This document shows positions 55,859-64,000 of a stretch of 64,000 bases of DNA, piece by piece. The DNA lies in assembly GCA_051294375.1 (NCBI GenBank), contig CM119269.1, positions 5,042,686-5,106,685 on the forward strand, given 5' to 3'. This DNA is from Paraspadella gotoi. Taxonomy: Eukaryota; Animalia; Chaetognatha. Made by a program: the position numbers and the translations under genes. Under the pieces are notes generated by a model that had not been told where the DNA came from, searched no databases, and worked only from the letters and a program-made list of their open reading frames with translations. Each line of letters starts with the position of its first letter. Position 1 is the stretch's first letter.

Positions 55859-56520
55859 NNNNNNNNNNNNNNNNNNNNNNNNNATTCGACCAAAAATTTT
55901 CGCTTTTCGCAAGTTTGGTTTTCTGTGTCAAAGCTCTTTCTTTCTTTCTTTCACATTCTTTGTCTTTTTCTTTCCTTTTCTTTCTTTGTCTTTTTTTTTC
56001 CTTTCGGCTCTCCATTGCTTTTCTTCCTTTCTTTTCCTTTCCCTTTCGTCATGTCGGCTTCCACCTTTTTCTTTCCTTTCCTCTTTTTAATGTTTTTGTC
56101 TTTTTCTTTCATTTTCCTTTCCTTACCATTACCGGTTACCTTACCTTACGTTACCGTATACTTACCGTTACCTTTACTTTCCTTTCGCTTTCCTTTCCTT
56201 TCCTTTTCCTTTCCTTTCCTTTCCTTTCCTTTTTTTCCTTTCCTTTTCGTTCCTTTCGCATCCAAATTCTTCCCTTATGCGCTTTCCTTTTTACATTCCT
56301 CCCGGCCGCTCCGGATTCAGCTTCCCCCTTTCCATTCTCTTAATTTAGCTCGATCCGCTTCCCGTCAGCACCAGTTTTACGCTTCTTCATATTTTCCGCT
56401 CCTCATCTCCGCTTCTTTTCTCCTCAACTTCATTTCATCTTTCCCTCTTCTCCTTTAACTCAAATTTTTTAAACCTTAAAAAAAAAGAAGCGAAGTCTTT
56501 AGCCTCACGCCTGGAACTAA

Positions 56521-56608
<88 letters not shown>

Positions 56609-56892
56609 AGTAAACCCCTCGTCGTTTCAAACGATGATAATCTCTCGTCAGTTTCTCGTCACGTCTTTTTTTTTTAAAAGCTGACATTCTGACATTTAAA
56701 CAACTTGACATTTTTACATTCTGACTTTGTCATGGTCATGTCATGTCATGTCATGGTAATGTCAGTCGGAACTAATATTACGCTCGTAATCATTTCCCTT
56801 TGTTCTCGTCGTAAAATATATCAATGGCCGAGCAAACGAATTTTCCGTTTTATATTGACCAAAGTAGCTTTGAGGCACCCCGTTTTTTTGTA

Positions 56893-56974
56893 TATGAAAT
56901 TGGTACAACCAATATAAAAATTATCCATTCATCTTGCCCCTAACTAGGACAGGCTTTGGTGGTTTAAGGCCTCC
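56893..56974 (-). repeat. Dispersed short repeat family (copy)
   Basis: TATGAAATTGGTACAACCAATATAAAAATTATCC is identical to 59921-59954. Confidence 0.85.
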
Positions 56975-58634
56975 AGGATAATGACATATCAGGTCCCTGC
57001 AAGCTTTGAATCGATCAAGCCCATTCACTCCCAGAGTACCTCGCTCCCCTATCATTGATGTTGTATAATGTTTCAAAGAATGTTTCAATTGTATGAAAAG
57101 TGTTATGTTAATTACTAATATTAATCCTAGAATACACTTCCGACCTCGCAGAATCACTCCCAATTTCCTTATTTTTTGTATTCTTCTGTTATGCTACTTG
57201 AAGTAGAACTTGACTATTTTCTATCAAAGTCTTCGCCTTTTAAAATTTTTCTTTTCCATATTCCTCTTTCTGTTTTCTTTTTTTTTCACTTTCTCTCCTT
57301 CTCCTTCTCTTTCTCCTTCTCTTTCTCCTTCTCTTTCTGTTTTCTTTTTTTTTTCCACTTTCTCTCCTTCTCTTTCTCTTTCCTCTCCCTTCATCCTTCC
57401 CTCTCATTCCTCCCTCCCTTCCCCCCTTCCCTCTCTTCCTCCCTCCTCTTCTACCCTCTTCCCCCAAATCGGATTTTCCGCTCAGCTTCTCCTCCTCCTC
57501 ATCCTCCTCATCCTCCTCCCCGCCTAGGCACGTGCCCCCCACACCATAGCAACGCACGCGCCAGTTCGCGTTATTCCGGCATAGCAACCGTTGCTAGGCG
57601 GTTCGTCTCTCCTCTTCGTCGTCATCATCGTCGTCGTCGTCGTTATTTTTTTTCTCTCTCTTCTCTTCCAACGATTCAAAGGAAAAACCGCGGAAATCCG
57701 CGCTAAAAGGTTTTTTTTTTAGCTCGCTCTCAAACCCGACTCCACGCCCTTTCTCTCAGTCTCAGCCAGCGAGTCGATGGAATTTGTCGATGGAAATTTT
57801 TTTACGCTGATGGGATTGGATAAAAAAAAAAGAAAAAAATTGGAAGAAAAAAAAAATAAAAAAAGGAAGAATTTCGTTGGAGAGACGGATTTGCGGCAGT
57901 GAGGTGGTTGCTGCAGATAAGTGCGACTCTGCGAAGACGACGTTTTTTTTTGCTACAGCGACAAGTTTGCCGCAACTCTATTCTTTGAAGTTTGATTAGG
58001 TTTGACCTTCGTCACCTTGAATTTCGCCTTTCGCGTCGGTTTGTATTTTTAGGAAATTCGGCATCGATCGTTCAAAGTTTTATTCAAACAAACATTGTTT
58101 CATATGAAATAAAATTACATCTACGACCCTTCGTGCTGGTAAAATTATCTTGTCTCTTCGATCTATCGGCTTTATAATTATTTATAATATGTATGGCTCG
58201 AAGTTTTCAAAACGACGGAACAACTACTATAGGTGTCGCCATGCTATGGACTCCCTTATATGAGGCTTGTTGTGAGAGAGCTCGGCTCCGAAACAGTTTT
58301 ACGATTACGATTTTACACTCCAGGCCTCTCAGACTCGCATGAGCGCGTACAAATTAAACCGCTTTTGAAGATTGGTTCACTTTTGTGTTTTAGATCGTCC
58401 TTTTCAAACTCAAAAAACTAGTGTTTCAGAAAAATTAACTGTTTAATTTTAACCAAACAAAAACAATGAAACCAGAATAACGAAATTGAATATAAAATCT
58501 GAATTCGACTCAAAAGAATTTAATTTGTCAAAGATCTGATAAATTATTTAAATAATTCCTGCTTAAATTCTCTCTCTCTCTTTCTCTCTCGCGATTAATC
58601 AAAATTGTCTATTGTCTATTGCTTCTTTCTCTCG

Positions 58635-58708
<74 letters not shown>

Positions 58709-59920
58709 GCATTCCATTTCGTCATTGCAAACACAAAATTTTGAAGAAAAACAAATTGAGGAAAATTAGGTTTTAATGAAATGAAATATTTCAATGTCCG
58801 CTTTTAAAAGCTTTTTTAAAAACTATATTATAATTTTTAGTAAAAATCATTCATGGAACTCAGAAGTTCGAGTAAGTTCGAGTATAAACTCTCAAAAAAA
58901 AAAAAAAAAACGCCGTAATTACAAGGCTCGTTTTACGGAGATTTCTATTTAATTTCACTTTAATTCTAATAAATTTTACAAAAAATGTCTCTAAAATTTC
59001 TCTGGAAATTCTTTCGTGCCAAAAGAGAAACTGGCTTCCTGCCTTTCCTTACCATCATCTTTTTCCTTTTCCTCCTCTACCTCCTCTACCTCCTCTTCCT
59101 CTTCCTCTTCCTCCTCTTCTTCTTCCTCTTTATCTTCTCCCCTTCCCATTTTCTTTTTTTTCTCTCTTTCTTATTCCTTCTTTTTCATTTTCCTTTTTTT
59201 CCCTCCTTTTCTCTCTAATATTTCCAGAGTCTCCTCGGGCCATTAAATCACAACCCGGGCATTCGGTGGCATCAAACTTGCGTCTTCCATTTTCCCTCCG
59301 AAGTAAAACGGTGCCACCCATGTCTCTCTCTCTCTCTAACTATCTCTCTGTCTCACTATCTATTATCTATCTTTCTGGCCACCAACCTAATAATATATCC
59401 CAAACTACCAATGAACCCTTACCCCTGCGTCCGCCCCCCCACTGACGGCCTAACACTGTACTTACCCTCCCTCCCTTTTTTTTCTTCGTTTCCCTTACCT
59501 TCCCTCTGGCCAAATATCCCATTTCTTTCCTTCAGCGGCCCAAGAAAACCCATAATCCTAATTTCCCGCTGCTGCAGGGGAGGAGAAATGTTTAGGCCAA
59601 GGTGAGTCGCGGCGGGCGGAGGCAGCGAGGTAAGGCGCCGAGGGGCGATGAGTTTTGATCAGAGGAAAAGAATAAAAAGCGTCGAGATTTGGCGGAGGAA
59701 CCTCGAAAGGCCGGTGAGGTCAAAGAATGTGAAGGATGTTAACGCAAATGGCGGGAGAGCGAAACCCGAGTTGATGGTGTGAAAGATGTGAAACTACATC
59801 GCTCCTTGGGAGAAGAGGAACCAACTATTTGAATTAAAGAAAAAGCAGCGTCTGTAGTGGCTTTACTACGTAAAACAAATATTGAGGCGAACCAACAAGC
59901 TAATAATATTTTAACTTATC

Positions 59921-59954
59921 TATGAAATTGGTACAACCAATATAAAAATTATCC
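59921..59954 (-). repeat. Dispersed short repeat family (terminal 34 bp)
   Basis: Exact match to 56893-56926 with unrelated flanks. Confidence 0.85.
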
Positions 59955-60525
59955 TATAAACTATATTTTTATAAGACGCGACTAATTGAATGCTCAAAAG
60001 CGAGTTTTTTCTTATTTTCATATTTTTTTTTTTACGGTAATATTATTTAGCTCGCAATTTTTTTCCCCTTAAAATATGACACGGGAAAGACCGAAGACAT
60101 TTTAGAGAAATCTCCAGTCGGAACTGAACGATTTAAAGTGACTTATGTAGAGTAGCGGCCGGGGGCTTTGACCGAATCTGAAAAGGTAAGGTCTGGAAAA
60201 GCGGAGAAGGAGGTTATGGTAAGTAAAAAGATAAAGCGGGAACACGAAGAGGAACAAAAGAGGAAAAAAGATAGAAAAATGAGGCAGTTTGGAACAAAAG
60301 ATAAGTTAAAGATTTAAAAAAGTGGGAAGTGAAATCTTAAAAAGGACCTAAAAATGTAGGTTTAACTGCAACGGTGAAGTTAACGATTTAAAAGATTAGG
60401 AAACTGCAATTTTCTATGGGAAAAGTAAAAGACTTTGACTGTCAAAGTAAAGATTTGAAAGCGATGTTGAGACACGTAAAAAATATGAGGGAAATAAATT
60501 GAGAAACATTTAAACCGGGAGGTAA

Positions 60526-60586
60526 GGGCATTGGGCATTGGGCATTGGGCATTGGGCATTGGGCATTGGGCATTGGGCCTTGGGCA
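60526..60586 (+). repeat. (GGGCATT)n heptanucleotide repeat
   Basis: About 7 perfect units followed by variants. Confidence 0.95.
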
Positions 60587-60650
60587 GGTATTAGCAGTAA
60601 TGGGTAAGCGGGAGCGGGTAAAGATNNNNNNNNNNNNNNNNNNNNNNNNN

Positions 60651-61295
<645 letters not shown>

Positions 61296-63126
61296 CCTAT
61301 TGCCCCTGGCGTGCGCGTTTCCTCCTTTAAGGCGTTTATATGACGCGTTGCTCGCTACAAATTGGTCTCATCGCTTCCTTTCCTCCTCTTTTTTTTCTTC
61401 CTGCTTTTATCTATCCTTTTTTTCTTTTGTTTTTATCTCACCATTTTTTTTTCAAACCTTCTTGCGAAGAGTTTATCCATTCTCTGCCTGACATGCTGCT
61501 TGTCATTCGACAGTATCTTAGTTGTTAAACGAGCTTCTTTGGTTTGTTCTACTATGCTCTCCTCTCTCTCTCTCGTCATCTTCTCGTCATCTCTCAAGAG
61601 AGGACTCGACCTCTCTCGATTCTCGTCCCATTCACAATCTCTCTCCGGTTTCTCCTCTTTCTCATCCATCTCTTCTAGATCCGAAGCACGGAAGCTCTTT
61701 GTATATATTCCCTTGGACCTTATTTTACTTAATTTTATTTTGTGGCTTCTTCTTCCACATTCCTTTATTATCTGTCCTGCTATGATTTTTTCGGCTTTCA
61801 TCTATCGATTCCTCTTTCCAATTTTTATTAAGGTTTGTTTTTGCTGGTTTGAATTATGAGTCGGTATTGTTATTTTGTCTAATGGTTGTGTCCTACCTAA
61901 GGTATTTTGAGTTCGCATTCTTAATTATATATTTAGGGAAACATTAGAAATTTTTATCTTCATTCTCACTTCTGAGTTCCTTTCTATTTCTACCATGATG
62001 ATTCTTTAGTTTTCTTTCTCTCTCTCTCTCTCTCTCTCGTCTCTCTCTCAATCTCTCTCTCTTCTCATATCTCTCTCTCCTCTCATGCCCTATCTCATTC
62101 CACGCCAAATTCAATTCTTCCTTCCATAGAATTCAAACCCGTGTTTGAGGATTCAAAATTAAGGCCTTCCATTTTTTCTCTTCTCTTCTCCGGCGGAAAT
62201 GTCACGGAACACCGGAATTTGGGTGGATCTGTCCCCTCACCAGCTGTCTGTTTCTATTCCCTTTCTTGCCTTTTCCTCCTTTATCGATTTTTCCTCAAAA
62301 CATCTCTTTTCCTTTTTCTTATTTCCATCTTCTTTTTCCCATCTCATTTTTATTTTTATTCATTTATTTCCTCCCAACTTATCTTCTTTCTTCGTCTCGC
62401 ATTTCCTCCCTTTTTTCTCTACCTTCATCTCTTTTAATCTTTTCAACAACTTCCTTTCCTTTCCATTCCTTACTCTCGGACTCCCTCTTCCTCCCACCTT
62501 CTCATTTCCTCCCCCTTACTACTTTCCCCCTTTTCTTCCCACTTTCCTCCCTCGTTTCCTCCACCTTGTCATTTCCTTCCCCTCCTACTTCCCCCCTTTT
62601 CTCCCACTTCTCCCGTTGCCATCCCATTTACCCCCTCCTTCTCCTCCCGACTCTAACTCTCCCTTACTACCACTCCTTCACTCCCTCTCTCCCTCTCTCT
62701 CACTCCTCCCTCTCTCCTTTCTCTCCCTCTACTCAACTCTTACTCCTTCTCTTCCCTTTCTCCCCTTCTCTCACTCTCTCACTCTCTCCCTCTCCCGCTC
62801 AGTCATTTCCATTTATCTCCCTATGATTTCTTTCGCGAGGCCTAAGACGATTCCTTCGTCGTGAAAGTTTAAACATCGCATCTCCTCTGAAGAGACTCCC
62901 TCGTAAATTTTCTCGCCAAACGATCTCGCCGCTTCCCGCCGCCGCTGATGCAGCTGCTGCTGCTTACTCCTCCGCCGCTGCTCCTCGACGCGGCCGCAGA
63001 GACCAAACCGGAAAATACATTATAAATTGTAAGGGTGGAAAAAAATCCTTTCCGCTGAAAAAATATCTTTTTTCCGCGTGTGTCGTGGTTAAAAAGTATG
63101 TTCTGACTCTCATCTCTCTCATCTCT

Positions 63127-63183
<57 letters not shown>

Positions 63184-63834
63184 TCTCTCTGTGACTCTTT
63201 CTCTATCCGTTTTTTAAAGGGGAAGGGAGCGGGAGGGAGTAAGGGCGGCAGTTGGAAGATCGGGCACCCAGTTTGAGAAATCGGGATTTCTTGGTTTGAT
63301 GGATATGGATGGCGCATGAACGTCTAAATTTTCCTCGAGTCGATGCATTTGTTGTAGAGAAAGAAAAGAGTTAAAAAAATTCAAGTTGAATGCCAAGTGC
63401 AACCGTTTGTGAGGAATTAAGATCGTTATTTTTAATTCTTTTTTTTTTACAATAACCCTTTATTAAACGATAAATCCTAGAATAATCGAAATAAGTAAAT
63501 AAAAAACAATAATAAACAAAACCTTACCGACAAAAATAGCTAAAACGAAAAGGGGAAAAAATAAGAAAAGTGTTAGTTTACAATAATATTCAGGCAGTAA
63601 AACTGACAAAATTTTCTCGCTTTTAAATGCGACGATTCATAGACTTATGGTTACTAAAAACAAACGAGTAAAAATAAAAAATATAAATAAATATGATAAT
63701 AAAATATAAATATAAATAGATATAAATATAAAATATCTTCGAAAGAATTGCTGTTTGACGATAAAAATACCTGTCGTGACGGCAATGAATCATGTATGAC
63801 GCAATCTTTTCTCTCTCTCTCTTCTCCTCTCTCT

Positions 63835-63883
<49 letters not shown>

Positions 63884-64000
63884 CTCTCCTCTCTCCATCG
63901 CTTTACCATCGAATTCGTCGTCCCATCTCTATTCTCCCAAGTAGCCTCCATTGCGCCACCTGCATTCATCACCTGTATTCACCACCTGTGCTTCTTTTTT

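Noticed and set aside
56610-56655. Possible second hammerhead on the minus strand (CTGACGA...GAAAC)
   Set aside because: There is no proper stem II closing pair and no stem III or NUH triplet.
60526-60586. (TTGGGCA)n as a telomeric repeat
   Set aside because: It is short, interstitial and not a telomere unit I recognise.
61433-61801. 122-aa charged ORF
   Set aside because: No recognisable motif or splice context, and it is partly derived from AG-rich sequence. It cannot be supported without a search.

Overview
This is eukaryotic draft-assembly sequence, probably from an invertebrate with short introns. It is saturated with (AG/CT)n, (GAC)n and A/G-rich low-complexity tracts, so nearly all ORFs in the supplied track are spurious. 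Supported biology: (1) an SLC35G/EamA-type (DMT) transporter gene with a 66-nt intron; (2) a 5'-truncated Penelope/Poseidon-type retroelement with RT, GIY-YIG endonuclease, a sense 3' pLTR and an inverted 5' pLTR, each pLTR carrying a minimal hammerhead ribozyme; (3) a degenerate Ty3/Gypsy-like integrase remnant with an LTR-like segment; (4) a small dispersed repeat family and several minisatellites. Much of the window is artefactual duplication. Noisy long-read gap fills sit beside 25-N gaps, an unremoved PacBio SMRTbell-like adapter lies at the centre of a 2.4 kb palindrome, and blocks are reverse-complemented in place without being reordered, which makes the transporter gene look scrambled. 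I found no convincing previously undescribed system. The most striking pattern, the scrambling, is best explained as an assembly error. All protein and RNA assignments come from motif recognition by eye; no searches were run.
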